Assembly: GCA_016188495.1 (NCBI GenBank)
Contig: JACPHU010000002.1
Location: forward strand, 111,466 to 175,465
Origin: Candidatus Uhrbacteria bacterium
GTDB lineage: Bacteria; Patescibacteriota; Patescibacteriia; UBA9934; GWF2-40-263
DNA length: 64,000 nt
Reading direction: 5' to 3'
Notes under the pieces: model-generated
What the model was told of the DNA's origin: nothing
The model's input: the letters and a program-made list of their open reading frames with translations, nothing else
Database searches by the model: none
Part shown: one piece after another, positions 30,917 through 41,259 of the stretch
Position numbering within the stretch: the stretch's first letter is position 1
How the letters are laid out: each line of letters starts with the position of its first letter
Translations under genes and position numbers: made by a program

Positions 30917-32335
30917 ATGAAAAAAAATACGTCGTTTGATGTGATTGTCCTGGGGTCTGGTTCTGCAGGGTTTTCTGCTGTTCAAGCAGCTCATGCGCAG
31001 GGCGCCTCCGTCTGTTTAATTGAAAAGGATCGCCTAGGAGGAGACTGTCCTAATAAAGCATGTATCCCATCTAAGGCGTTATTGAAAGCTGCCACATTTT
31101 ATCGCACGCTCAATCGGGCTCGAGATTTTGGTATAGAACTTGGCGGAAAATCTTTTCAGTTTAAAAAAATCATGCAGTATCGACAAACCATTGTAGACAC
31201 GATTACCGGGGGAGGAGATCGTGGCGATCGATACGTTGAGATTCTGAATCAGATGGATATCGACAGGCGTTTTGGACAGGCTTCTTTTTTAGACTCTCAC
31301 ACCATAGAAATAAATGGTGAGCAGCTTTATGGCAAAACAGTTGTCATTGCCACAGGAACCGTGGATTTCATCCCTCCTATTGTTGGATTAGAAGACGTTC
31401 GTTTTTGGACATGGACAGAGGCGTTGGAAACAAAAAACCAACCTAAGTCATTAGCGATTATCGGTGCAGGTCCTGTTGGGTGCGAGCTGGCAACATTTTA
31501 TGCCTCTTTTGGTACACGCATTCTTCTATTACAGAGTCATCCCGTCATATTAGAGAGAGAAGATAGGGAAATAAGTCTTTTGGCGGAAGGTGTGCTCAAA
31601 CAAATGGGCGTGGAGGTTGTGGTTAATGCGCAGATAGAGGAGATCGTTCACGCCAGAGGAGGTGTTGCCGGGCTTTCTGTCAGTTCTGAAGAGTTTTCTT
31701 CTAAGATGCACGCGGTTGAACGCATTGTTGTCACAACAGGAAAACGAGCAAATATAGAAGGATTGAATGTATCGTTGGCAGGAGTTCATTTGGATAAAAA
31801 GGGTTACGTAAAAACAAAAAAGGATCAATCTACGAACATTCCGCACATTTTCGCTGCCGGAGATGTGGACGGGGGATTGCAGTTTACTCATACTGCTCAT
31901 CAAGAGGGTTGGGTCGCGGGTTTTAATGCCGCCCTTTTTGTTAAGCCCAAAAAAGGGAAGTCACTTCAGACCGACCAGCGAGTTGTTCCGCGCGTGACGT
32001 TTTTAGCATCGGAAGTCGCTTCTGTGGGAATGACTCAGGAAGAGGTTATCCATCAATATGGAAAGGTGTTGGTCGGAAGATATACTATGGCTTCTCTTGG
32101 ACGTGCCCTGACCGATGGTGTAACGCAAGGCATGATTAAACTCGTGGCTCATCCTAAATCACGTAAGCTCTTAGGTGCCCATGTGATCGGGGAACGGGCA
32201 GGGGAAATGATCCATGAGGCAGCATTGGCAATCTTTTTGAATGCAACGATAGATAAAATAGCTCAAATGGTTCACGCGTTTCCAACGTTTTCGGAAGGTC
32301 TTAAGGCAGCGGCCTCGGCGGCACAAATAGAATGA
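30917..32335 (+). CDS. Pyridine nucleotide-disulfide oxidoreductase (dihydrolipoyl dehydrogenase family)
   Basis: GSGSAG, GGDCPNKACIPSK, GAGPVGCE, AGDV, HAFPTFSE. Confidence 0.88.
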   Translation: MKKNTSFDVIVLGSGSAGFSAVQAAHAQGASVCLIEKDRLGGDCPNKACIPSKALLKAATFYRTLNRARDFGIELGGKSFQFKKIMQYRQTIVDTITGGGDRGDRYVEILNQMDIDRRFGQASFLDSHTIEINGEQLYGKTVVIATGTVDFIPPIVGLEDVRFWTWTEALETKNQPKSLAIIGAGPVGCELATFYASFGTRILLLQSHPVILEREDREISLLAEGVLKQMGVEVVVNAQIEEIVHARGGVAGLSVSSEEFSSKMHAVERIVVTTGKRANIEGLNVSLAGVHLDKKGYVKTKKDQSTNIPHIFAAGDVDGGLQFTHTAHQEGWVAGFNAALFVKPKKGKSLQTDQRVVPRVTFLASEVASVGMTQEEVIHQYGKVLVGRYTMASLGRALTDGVTQGMIKLVAHPKSRKLLGAHVIGERAGEMIHEAALAIFLNATIDKIAQMVHAFPTFSEGLKAAASAAQIE

Positions 32336-33825
32336 TTGTTATGAGGTTTTTATCTTTTTTTCACAAAATCATTCGACGTCTTTATTTTTCTCAGGATCTG
32401 ATTTCCCAAAAAAATAAGAAGATTTCGCTTCATTCTTTTTTTGGATGGGAAAGCGTAAGCGTTGATCAAACGATCCAATCAGGGACCTATATCTACGGTT
32501 TTTTTCGTTCTATCATGAAGATGCTTCCCAAACAGACTCGAGCGAAACAGATTCTTGTATTGGGATTAGGTGCAGGAACTTGTCTCAAAGTCATTCGCAA
32601 ACAATTTCCAGAGGCTCATATTGTGGCCGTTGAATATGATGAGGTGATGGTGCAATTAGCTCGAGAATGTGTTTTAAAAAAGCAATCTCATGATTGGTTG
32701 GAGATAAGACAAGGAGATGTTTTGGATGTGTTGCCCTTATTGAATCAGCCATTTGATCTTATTTTTGTCGATTTATTTTGCGGTTCGTTTGTTTCTCCTT
32801 CGGTTTCAACGCCTGAATTTTTACAGCAGCTTCAGCGACTTCTTTCATGGGATGGGTATCTCGTCGTTAATTTTTATTTAGAAGAAGCCTCGATCTCTGG
32901 GAGAGTCGAACAGTTTTTTTCTTCTCATAGTAAGAAACGCTATAATACCAATAGCGTAGGTTTATTTCGCCATTACGGAAAAGGCCGTGTAGGAGAGGTT
33001 CTTCCCGAAGGATTTTTTGATAAGGAACAATCTCATCAATACCTCACCACTCATATTTCCAAGGCCAAGCGAACTCAATTACGAGAAGAACCAGGAGTTC
33101 TTGGGCTCCAATCCTCTTTAGGTTCCATTTCGTGGGAACGTTATGTGGGCGATCACCCTCCTGATCTTTCTCCTTCCTCTCAGATCCGACTCATTCAATG
33201 GCAGCCTTTGACCAATCAGCGACATCGGGGATGGATTCCGGTTCCTCGTTATTTCTCCTCTATCTATAAAAAGGGAATAGCGATTATTGACCAAGAGGCG
33301 TATTGGAATATGTGGTCCTCACAAGCAAAGCGCCAACGTGCTAAATTTTTGCACCAGGAAAATTTGTTTTGCGAACGTGTTGATGTGAAAACTTTTGAAC
33401 AGGCTTATCATGATTCAAAAGCTCTTGATTGGTTCACACGAACCGCTTTTCTTCGCGTGATTACTTTTCATGTGTTGGCCAGACCAGCAAGCGTCAATTT
33501 ATGGGTGATCAAAGATAAAAATCAAGAAGGTCGCATCGTTGCGGGACTTGTGACGGTGGATTTTGATGATATTTCACAGTCGGTCCATATGTGTTCTTTC
33601 ATCCATAAAGAATCGAAGTCGGAACCTTTAGGAGTTCCGTTGATTGATTATTGGTATAAACATTGTTTAGATCGTGGAATTCGTTTTGCCAATTTTGGCA
33701 TTCTTCGCCAAGGGTCAGATCCTCGTGCGTGGCAGGGATATACCAATTTCAAGCGTCAGTTTCATTTGCACGAAATTTGTTATCCTTCTCTTCTTTTTCG
33801 CATCGTTTTTCCTTCTAAAAGATAG
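32332..33825 (+). CDS. SAM methyltransferase (spermidine synthase-like) fused to GNAT/FemAB-like domain
   Basis: LVLGLGAG, VEYD, FDLIFVDLF; C-terminal GYTNFKRQF. Confidence 0.7.
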   Translation: MIVMRFLSFFHKIIRRLYFSQDLISQKNKKISLHSFFGWESVSVDQTIQSGTYIYGFFRSIMKMLPKQTRAKQILVLGLGAGTCLKVIRKQFPEAHIVAVEYDEVMVQLARECVLKKQSHDWLEIRQGDVLDVLPLLNQPFDLIFVDLFCGSFVSPSVSTPEFLQQLQRLLSWDGYLVVNFYLEEASISGRVEQFFSSHSKKRYNTNSVGLFRHYGKGRVGEVLPEGFFDKEQSHQYLTTHISKAKRTQLREEPGVLGLQSSLGSISWERYVGDHPPDLSPSSQIRLIQWQPLTNQRHRGWIPVPRYFSSIYKKGIAIIDQEAYWNMWSSQAKRQRAKFLHQENLFCERVDVKTFEQAYHDSKALDWFTRTAFLRVITFHVLARPASVNLWVIKDKNQEGRIVAGLVTVDFDDISQSVHMCSFIHKESKSEPLGVPLIDYWYKHCLDRGIRFANFGILRQGSDPRAWQGYTNFKRQFHLHEICYPSLLFRIVFPSKR

Positions 33826-33887
33826 ATATTTGGATAAATACATAAGGTCTTTTTGAATAAAGAGGATATGTTATACTAGCGTTTATT

Positions 33888-34451
33888 ATGTCAAAAGAAA
33901 TTGTCTTTGATATTGAAACACAAACGGCGGCGGGGTCTGATTTGCGCGAAATGAAAATTTCCGTAGTAGGCGTTTTTTTCTACGAAACCAATTCATATGA
34001 ATGTTTTGAAGAAAAAGATTTTCCAAGGCTTTGGAAGTATTTAGAACAGAGCGATCGTCTGATCGGATATAACTCCCGTTTTTTCGATACACCCATTTTA
34101 AACAACTATTATCCAGGTGATCTGAATAAATTTGTTCAATTGGATATTTTGGAAGAGATTCATAAAGCGTTAGGTTTTAGGTTGAAACTGGATGATGTTG
34201 CGGCAGCAACGATTGGTCAGAGAAAATCAGGGCATGGGTTGCAAGCGGTAGAGTGGTGGAAACAGGGAGAGATCCAAAAAATTAAAGACTACTGTCTTCA
34301 GGATGTAAAAGTCACCAAGGAGGTTTATGAGTACGGTCTTAAATACAAAGCACTTGCTTATGAAGATCGATTGACCGGCCGTAAAGCGATTCCTGTTGAT
34401 TTTTCTAAAAAGGAGCAGGCTTCCTCTATAAATTTAAGCATGGGATTTTAA
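33888..34451 (+). CDS. RNase H-like (DEDD) exonuclease domain protein
   Basis: VFDIET, GYNSRFFD, KLDDVA, YCLQDV. Confidence 0.85.
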   Translation: MSKEIVFDIETQTAAGSDLREMKISVVGVFFYETNSYECFEEKDFPRLWKYLEQSDRLIGYNSRFFDTPILNNYYPGDLNKFVQLDILEEIHKALGFRLKLDDVAAATIGQRKSGHGLQAVEWWKQGEIQKIKDYCLQDVKVTKEVYEYGLKYKALAYEDRLTGRKAIPVDFSKKEQASSINLSMGF

Positions 34452-34480
34452 GAGATCATTCATTTTTTCGAATGAAATTC

Positions 34481-34489
34481 TGTGGATAA
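34481..34489 (-). promoter_or_regulatory. DnaA box
   Basis: TGTGGATAA = reverse complement of TTATCCACA, just upstream of the nrdJ -35. Confidence 0.55.
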
Positions 34490-34498
34490 CGGTTATCT

Positions 34499-34552
34499 TT
34501 GACACACTACATATCGTGGTCTAGAATAAAAGATAACCACAACATATAGTAT
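34499..34552 (+). promoter_or_regulatory. nrdJ sigma70 promoter with two NrdR boxes
   Basis: TTGACA-17-TAGAAT; ACACTACATATCGTGG (34504) and CCACAACATATAGTAT (34537), starts 33 bp apart. Confidence 0.8.
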
Positions 34553-34668
34553 TTGTGGAAATGAATTTTTGAAGCCCTCATCCTCTTCTCAAGACAAAAG
34601 ATGATCCAAAAGCGGATCTTCTTTTCATCTCTAGTGCCTTTTAATTTTTTTCCGCTCATACTCGCCCT

Positions 34669-37600
34669 ATGTCGGACCACGCCTCCCAAAATCTTCAATC
34701 CACCGTTGATGCCAAAAACGTCTCCGACGTCGTTTGGAATTTTATGACCTCTGTAAAGACCGTTCAAAAACGCAACGGAGAAGAGCAGTCTTTTGATCAG
34801 GTGAAACTTTTTTCTTCTCTGTGCAAGGCGTTTGCCTCAGCGGGGATGAAGGATCAATCCATTCTTGAACGGGTAACGTCTCAAGTGATGACTCGTTTGA
34901 CCAAACAGTTTGACGGTCACAGCATTCCTTCTTTTTTTGATATTCGAGAATGTGTCACCGTCACCTTGATTGATAACAATCTTGTGTATGTGGCAAAACG
35001 ATACGCTTCTTATCGCGGATCCAAATCCAACGATGAGCGAAAAGAAGTGTATGGCCATGGTATTGTCGTTGACCGCTATTTTACAAAATCGAGTATTCAT
35101 CCGTACGACGAGATTGAATGGGAAACGCGAGACGCCACCATTACCGATTCAAAAGGGAAGGTTGTGTTTGAGCAAAAAGGAGTGGAAGTTCCAAAATCTT
35201 GGACACAGACAGCAACGAATATCGTTGTGTCAAAATATTTTTTTGGAACGATCGGAAAAGAAGATCGCGAATATTCCGTAAAACAGCTTGTTGGTCGCGT
35301 GGCAAAAACGATTACGCAATGGGGAACGAAAGATGGATACTTTCACACACAAGAAGACGCCAAAGCCTTTGACGATGAATTGCATTACATTCTGGTCAAT
35401 CAAATGGCTGCGTTCAACTCACCTGTTTGGTTTAACGTTGGGACAGATCGTCCGCAACAGTGTTCTGCTTGTTTTATCAATTCTGTTCAAGATGACATGC
35501 GTTCGATTTTAAGCTTGTGTGTCACAGAAGGCATGTTGTTTAAGGGGGGATCTGGCGCAGGATCCAACTTATCGAAATTGCGTTCACGTCATGAGTTTTT
35601 GGGAGGTAGCAATGGAAAAGCTTCAGGACCCGTTTCTTTCATGAAAGGATTAGATGCCTTTGCTGGTGTGATTAAAAGCGGTGGAAAGACACGTCGTGCT
35701 GCAAAGATGGTGATCTTAGATATTGACCATCCAGATATCGACGATTTCATCATGTGCAAAGTGAGAGAAGAAAAGAAAGCGTGGACGCTTATGGATGCAG
35801 GATACGATGGATCTCTTGATGGAGACGCCTATGCTTCCATTTATTTTCAAAATGCAAATAATTCTGTCCGTGTGACCGATGAGTTCATGCAAGCGGTTGA
35901 AAAAGACGGTGACTGGACAACTCATGCTGTGACCACAGGGGAACCTGTACAAACTTGGAAAGCAACAGAACTCATGAACATGATGGCCGATGCTGCCTGG
36001 CAGTGTGGCGATCCTGGAATGCAATACGATACCACTATCAACAAATGGCATACATGTAAGAATACCGATCGTATTTACGCTTCCAATCCTTGTTCTGAGT
36101 ACATGTTTTTGAATGATAGCGCTTGTAACCTTGCCTCCCTCAACCTCATGCGATTTCGAAAAGAGGTCGATGGAGAAATGATGTTCGATGTAGAAGCCTT
36201 TAAAAAGGCTAACGAAATCATCATTACGGCGATGGAAATTATTGTTGGGAATTCTGCCTATCCTACTCCTGCCATTGAACAAAATAGTCACGATTATCGC
36301 CCTCTTGGAATTGGCTATGCCAATTTGGGAGCCCTTTTGATGAGTCGCGGCCTTGCTTATGATTCCGATGAAGGTCGCAATCTTGCCGCAGCTATTTCTT
36401 CTCTTCAAAGTGGACATTGTTATTATCAGTCTGCCAAGATTGCAGAGAAGATCGGTCCTTTTGCTGGATATAAACGCAATGAAGAACCTTGTTTGGAGGT
36501 CATGCGTATGCACCGCGATGCTTCTTATGAAATGGGGGGAGAAGGCGTTCCAGAAGATCTGCTCAAAGAGTCACGAACCTGTTGGGACAATGTGGTTGAG
36601 CATGGAAGTAAATACGGTTTGCGCAATGCGCAAATTTCCGTTATCGCTCCCACAGGTACCATTTCTTTTCTGATGGATTGCGATACCACAGGTATTGAAC
36701 CGGATATTGCTCTTGTGAAATATAAATGGCTTGTGGGTGGAGGGATGTTGAAAATCGTGAATAACACCGTGCCTGAAGCGTTAACTCGTCTTGGATATAC
36801 GGCACAGCAGAGAGAGCAGATCCTGGCTTTCGTTGAAGAAAAAGACACTATTGAAGGAGCCCCAAATTTGAAGTCAGAACATCTTTCTGTTTTTGACTGC
36901 GCATTCAAAGCGGCGCAAGGAACACGAACGATCCACTACATGGGTCATCTTCGTATGATGGCCGCGGTCCAGCCGTTTATTTCCGGAGCCATTTCAAAAA
37001 CCGTGAACATGCCTCACGAAGCGACGGTGGAGGATATCGCCGGCGTGTATATGGAAGGATGGCGTTTGGGCCTGAAGGCCATCGCGATTTACCGTGATGG
37101 ATCCAAACGACAACAAGCTCTCACCACCTCCAAAGAGAGCGATGCGAAAAAACAAAATACCGACGCCAAAAAACAGGATGAGATAAAGAAAACGCAAGAG
37201 GTATCCCAGGTGATTCCTACCGTGACGATTCAGACGGATACGCGTCTTCGACGCAGACGGCTTTCGGATGAACGTCGCAGTATTACCCATAAGTTCGCGG
37301 TTGGAAATCAGGAAGGATATATCACCGTTGGATTATATGATGACGGAACTCCGGGAGAACTTTTCATCACGATGTCCAAACAGGGTTCCGTCATCTCAGG
37401 ACTTATGGATTCTTTCGCCACAGCGATTTCTATCGGTCTTCAATATGGTGTTCCGCTGGAAGTGTTGGTGAACAAGTTTGTTCACATGCGTTTTGAACCT
37501 TCCGGTTACACGAACAATCCACAAATTCGCATTGCCAAATCGATCACCGATTATATCTTCCGTTGGCTCGCCATCAAATTTCTGCCACGTGAAAGTCAGC

Positions 37601-37890
37601 TTGCTGTAGGGATTAATTACACTCAAGACACTCAGGAGATCATTGAGCCTGTGACAGAAATGGAATCATTGGCCCAACAGCTTGCACAAGACGTTGCGAG
37701 CAAGGATCAATCTAATTTGTTTGAACTTGCCAAACAAAATGTTTTGACACAGACGAGATCTACCGCGCATACCCAAACGTTCGACAACCAGTCCGATGCT
37801 CCTGCCTGCGATACGTGCGGCTCCATGATGGTTCGCAACGCTGCATGTTATAAGTGTCTCAATTGTGGCGCCACGAGCGGATGTAGTTAA
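34669..37890 (+). CDS. nrdJ: Class II (B12-dependent) ribonucleotide reductase with ATP-cone and C-terminal TSCPD/Zn-ribbon
   Basis: VQKRNG ATP-cone, FNSPVWFN, CSACFI, SNPCSEY, APTGTIS, GAISKTVN, C-terminal CDTCG..CLNCGATSGCS. Confidence 0.95.
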   Translation: MSDHASQNLQSTVDAKNVSDVVWNFMTSVKTVQKRNGEEQSFDQVKLFSSLCKAFASAGMKDQSILERVTSQVMTRLTKQFDGHSIPSFFDIRECVTVTLIDNNLVYVAKRYASYRGSKSNDERKEVYGHGIVVDRYFTKSSIHPYDEIEWETRDATITDSKGKVVFEQKGVEVPKSWTQTATNIVVSKYFFGTIGKEDREYSVKQLVGRVAKTITQWGTKDGYFHTQEDAKAFDDELHYILVNQMAAFNSPVWFNVGTDRPQQCSACFINSVQDDMRSILSLCVTEGMLFKGGSGAGSNLSKLRSRHEFLGGSNGKASGPVSFMKGLDAFAGVIKSGGKTRRAAKMVILDIDHPDIDDFIMCKVREEKKAWTLMDAGYDGSLDGDAYASIYFQNANNSVRVTDEFMQAVEKDGDWTTHAVTTGEPVQTWKATELMNMMADAAWQCGDPGMQYDTTINKWHTCKNTDRIYASNPCSEYMFLNDSACNLASLNLMRFRKEVDGEMMFDVEAFKKANEIIITAMEIIVGNSAYPTPAIEQNSHDYRPLGIGYANLGALLMSRGLAYDSDEGRNLAAAISSLQSGHCYYQSAKIAEKIGPFAGYKRNEEPCLEVMRMHRDASYEMGGEGVPEDLLKESRTCWDNVVEHGSKYGLRNAQISVIAPTGTISFLMDCDTTGIEPDIALVKYKWLVGGGMLKIVNNTVPEALTRLGYTAQQREQILAFVEEKDTIEGAPNLKSEHLSVFDCAFKAAQGTRTIHYMGHLRMMAAVQPFISGAISKTVNMPHEATVEDIAGVYMEGWRLGLKAIAIYRDGSKRQQALTTSKESDAKKQNTDAKKQDEIKKTQEVSQVIPTVTIQTDTRLRRRRLSDERRSITHKFAVGNQEGYITVGLYDDGTPGELFITMSKQGSVISGLMDSFATAISIGLQYGVPLEVLVNKFVHMRFEPSGYTNNPQIRIAKSITDYIFRWLAIKFLPRESQLAVGINYTQDTQEIIEPVTEMESLAQQLAQDVASKDQSNLFELAKQNVLTQTRSTAHTQTFDNQSDAPACDTCGSMMVRNAACYKCLNCGATSGCS

Positions 37891-37915
37891 GCCTTGACGT
37901 TGAATAAAGACAAAA

Positions 37916-37947
37916 TAAAAGACAAGGTCCTTTGACCTTGTCTTTTA
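37916..37947. terminator. Intrinsic terminator after nrdJ
   Basis: TAAAAGACAAGGTC-CTTT-GACCTTGTCTTTTA. Confidence 0.75.
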
Positions 37948-37972
37948 ATTAGGATATCGTTTTTATACTAGG

Positions 37973-38530
37973 ATGCGTAAACGAAAAAAGAGAAGGGAGC
38001 CGATCATGCCCAACCTACGAGTCCAAGTGCGTTCTTTCATGCGCAATATCATGCGCTGGAAATTCGTCTTTGATGTGTTGACGCTTCTGCTGATCAGTCT
38101 CCTGCTGGGGAGCTACTACGTTCCCTGGATTCACGTGAGTTCACAGTTAGTGGATTATTGGTTTTCCACACTCGTCATCTTCGTCGGCGCGCGGGAGGTC
38201 GGACGATGGATCGGTGATCACAAGCAGGGAAAGTACATCCTGCGCTTCATCGCCCATGGCGAGATCTATCTTCTTCTTTTTTTGATCCTACCTTTTGTCA
38301 TGGGTGTTCCCGAGTCCTTTTTTACAAACGCTCCTACAGCTCAACAGAAAGCCGTGATGGTCATGGCTACTGACCTGGGCCTCAAAGTTTCTTTCCTTTA
38401 TGCCACCAGCGCGGTGAGTAAAGGAGGAAGCGAAAAGTACCAGGATTTTGTGGAGAAACTCTCCGCATTTATCAATGCCGTTTTGACTCCCAAAAAACCT
38501 TCTGAGAAACCTGACTCGCGCACCGGATGA
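37973..38530 (+). CDS. Hypothetical membrane protein
   Basis: 185 aa, 3-4 TMs. Confidence 0.6.
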   Translation: MRKRKKRREPIMPNLRVQVRSFMRNIMRWKFVFDVLTLLLISLLLGSYYVPWIHVSSQLVDYWFSTLVIFVGAREVGRWIGDHKQGKYILRFIAHGEIYLLLFLILPFVMGVPESFFTNAPTAQQKAVMVMATDLGLKVSFLYATSAVSKGGSEKYQDFVEKLSAFINAVLTPKKPSEKPDSRTG

Positions 38531-38602
38531 TCTGGTTTGCGAGTTTTTCTATTTTAAAACCCACCAGCATGTGTGGTGGGTATCGTTGATAGGGAGTTTA
38601 TT

Positions 38603-39319
38603 TCAGACTCCCAGGTTTGTTCGCAGATCGTTCACAGTCCTCTTGATAAGTCCGATTCCCTTGCTTGCCAGCAGAGCTGCTTTTGTCATGGCAGTCTCAG
38701 GGTGGACTTCATATTTGACCGGCGGTTCATGACCGTGCCAATCCTTTAGATGCTGTGAGCTTTCGAGAATACGGGGATCATCGAGCACAACAGCGATGGG
38801 ACGGCACATCACTCCTGCGTTCTCGAACATTGCTTCCGAGACCTGAATGACCCGACCCCGCCAAATGCCTTTGAAGGATCCGGCAGGGAACAGGCGCAGG
38901 ATTTCCCATGTGGGCAGATTCTGATTAAGACACAAGGTCGGATCTGTGTCGAAGCTTCCGATCTCGATCAGACAGACGTCACCCACATGGAAATTTCCGT
39001 GAGTTGTGACACCCTGCATCCGATACAACGGTCGAACCTCATACTCAAACGGAGGCTCTTTGTGGGACAATTTCCTTACGCCTTCGTTTTTATGCCCGTC
39101 GATACGGTCATCGGTGAAGAACGCCCGGATGGGCTGCGGTGACAGACGGGCGTCACCCATCTCGCTCACTTCGCCCCGATACCATGTGTCACCGCCGAAG
39201 TCATCGTACGTGGGGCCACTGAGCACATCCACATTCCTGCGAATGATTCGGATCTCACACATACCTCCCACAGACATCTTGGAAATATTTGTCCGTCCGA
39301 GGAATCGCGCTTTTGCCAC
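38603..39319 (-). CDS. Hypothetical protein with an internal tandem domain duplication
   Basis: GTG start after AAGGAG; TTGACA-17-TATTCT promoter 39385-39357; repeated VG..C.I.I..W.G.V..PI....D.RI...H.EPP..YEV.P. Confidence 0.7.
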   Translation of the reverse strand: MAKARFLGRTNISKMSVGGMCEIRIIRRNVDVLSGPTYDDFGGDTWYRGEVSEMGDARLSPQPIRAFFTDDRIDGHKNEGVRKLSHKEPPFEYEVRPLYRMQGVTTHGNFHVGDVCLIEIGSFDTDPTLCLNQNLPTWEILRLFPAGSFKGIWRGRVIQVSEAMFENAGVMCRPIAVVLDDPRILESSQHLKDWHGHEPPVKYEVHPETAMTKAALLASKGIGLIKRTVNDLRTNLGV

Positions 39320-39410
39320 TTTTATTCTCCTTTGTTGGTGGTTTAAGTGGAGGATTAGAATATACAAAATAAGCCAAAATGTCAATGGTTGTGATAAAAT
39401 GCCTGAACGT

Positions 39411-40751
39411 ATGATTAAGCCGTTTCTTCGCAAAATCATTCCAGAGCCTTTGATAAGCGTTTATCATCTTATTTTGGCGCATGTAGCGGCTTTTTATTAT
39501 GGATATCCTTCACAACAGTTGATTGTGATCGGAGTGACTGGCACCAATGGAAAATCTACCACCGTTCAATTTATCGGGCGATTGTTGGAACACGCAGGCG
39601 AGAGAGTAGGTTGGACCAGTACGGCCAGTTTTAAAGTGGCAGATCACGAATGGGTGAACGATAAGAAAATGACCATGCTCGGACGTTTCCAAACGCAGAA
39701 ATTACTTCATCAAATGGTCAAATCAGGTTGTCGTTATGCGATTGTGGAGACTTCTTCTCAGGGTATTGCCCAATTTCGACATGTCGGCATCAATTATGAT
39801 ATCGCTGTATTCACGAATTTAACCCCCGAACACATCGAGGCTCATGGGGGATTTGAAAATTATAAAGCGGCAAAGGGAGCTTTTTTTGCGTCGTTAAAAA
39901 AAGGTTTGCGAAAAAAAATAGACCGGAAAGAAATAGACAAAACAATCATTGTGAATCTGGATGATCTACATGCGGAATACTTCCTTTCTTTTGGCGCAGA
40001 TCGTTCTACAGGATTTAGCATGCGCAATACACAACGACCTTTTGCACGTTTGAATACAGCACCTGTGATTGCGACAGAAGTACAATTTTCAGGAACCTGT
40101 ACACTGTTTACCTACGACGATCTCTTGTTTCATTTCAAACCTATCGGCCCATTTTATTTTTACAATCTTCTCGCTGCCATGACCGTGGCTCGTGAATTGG
40201 GGGTTGGTTCACAAGCACTGCGTGCGGCTGTTGAATCGCTTGAGCCTGTTCCGGGTCGTTTAGAGAACATCGATGAAGGACAACCATTCACGGTCATTGT
40301 TGATTACGCGTATGAGCCAGCGGCACTTTTGGCCCTTTACCAAGCGATTGCGTTGATAAACCACGAGCGGATCATTCATATTTTAGGATCTGCAGGCGGG
40401 GGAAGGGATGTTGCTCGTCGTCAGGTACTGGGGCGTATGGCTGCCCAGAACGATGATATTGTGATTGTGACCAACGAAGATCCTTATGATGAATCTCCGA
40501 TGCAAATCATTACAGATGTCGCCGATGCGGCACAGCAGGAAGGTAAAAAAGATGAGACAGATCTTTTTCGTATTTTAGATAGGGAAAAGGCGATCGAATA
40601 TGCCATTGCCCTTGCTCAACCGAAGGATCTTATTTTAATTACAGGTAAGGGCAGTGAGCCTGTTATGGCTGTGGCTCAAGGAAAAAAAATTCCTTGGGAT
40701 GATCGTCTGGTCGCCCGAAAAATTCTCAAAAAACAGTATGGAAGCACCTAA
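39411..40751 (+). CDS. murE: UDP-MurNAc-tripeptide synthetase
   Basis: GVTGTNGKST, ETSSQG, FTNLTPEH, VPGRLE, VDYAYEP, TNEDPYDE, GKGSE. Confidence 0.9.
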   Translation: MIKPFLRKIIPEPLISVYHLILAHVAAFYYGYPSQQLIVIGVTGTNGKSTTVQFIGRLLEHAGERVGWTSTASFKVADHEWVNDKKMTMLGRFQTQKLLHQMVKSGCRYAIVETSSQGIAQFRHVGINYDIAVFTNLTPEHIEAHGGFENYKAAKGAFFASLKKGLRKKIDRKEIDKTIIVNLDDLHAEYFLSFGADRSTGFSMRNTQRPFARLNTAPVIATEVQFSGTCTLFTYDDLLFHFKPIGPFYFYNLLAAMTVARELGVGSQALRAAVESLEPVPGRLENIDEGQPFTVIVDYAYEPAALLALYQAIALINHERIIHILGSAGGGRDVARRQVLGRMAAQNDDIVIVTNEDPYDESPMQIITDVADAAQQEGKKDETDLFRILDREKAIEYAIALAQPKDLILITGKGSEPVMAVAQGKKIPWDDRLVARKILKKQYGST

Positions 40752-41259
40752 GTTTATTGAACTGAAAGCTCATGAGGAGGTCCTGGAAGTTGTGTATGCC
40801 TCTATGATTCCTCGCCTGCCACGCGTGACGCTTCTGGTTGTCTGGATCCTTTTACCTTTTTTCTTTCTTTTCCCTTTGTGGCGAGAAGGGGGAATTGGAT
40901 TGGCTATTTTTGCGATATGGCTTTTTTCAGGCGTTCTTTTGCTTGTGCGCGCATACCTGACGTGGTCACGGACCGTTTTTGTCGTGACAGATATGAGGGT
41001 GATTGATTATGATCAAAAAGGTTTTTTCCATCGCGTCGTCACTCAAACACGTTTTGATCAGATCGATGAAGTGAGCTATCACATAAAAGGAATTTTTCCT
41101 ACACTGTTTGGATACGGAACACTCCAGCTCCAATTGCAGGGTTCTTCAGCAGATATTCAGGTTGAGCAAGTAAAACGTCCAAATCGTATCGCAGATCTGA
41201 TCAATGATTTGCGTCGTGAAAGTGAAATTTCTGACTCAGCATTGCATGCCAATCCCTAA
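40738..41259 (+). CDS. Membrane protein with bacterial PH domain
   Basis: 2 TM then FVVTDMRVID..QKGFF....I..V...GIFPTLFGYG. Confidence 0.8.
   Translation: MEAPKFIELKAHEEVLEVVYASMIPRLPRVTLLVVWILLPFFFLFPLWREGGIGLAIFAIWLFSGVLLLVRAYLTWSRTVFVVTDMRVIDYDQKGFFHRVVTQTRFDQIDEVSYHIKGIFPTLFGYGTLQLQLQGSSADIQVEQVKRPNRIADLINDLRRESEISDSALHANP

Noticed and set aside
30917-32335. Mercuric reductase MerA
   Set aside because: No C-terminal Cys-Cys pair and no mer genes
34481-34489. Replication origin
   Set aside because: Single DnaA box, no cluster and no dnaA context
34552-37890. Cobalamin riboswitch or intein at nrdJ
   Set aside because: No B12-box motif in the pyrimidine-rich leader; protein length is explained by ATP-cone and TSCPD domains, with no intein motifs
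39006-39410. N-terminal extension of MurE (also extensions at 41622, 48645, 58845, 59843)
   Set aside because: Extensions overlap opposite-strand genes, repeats or promoters; better starts lie downstream
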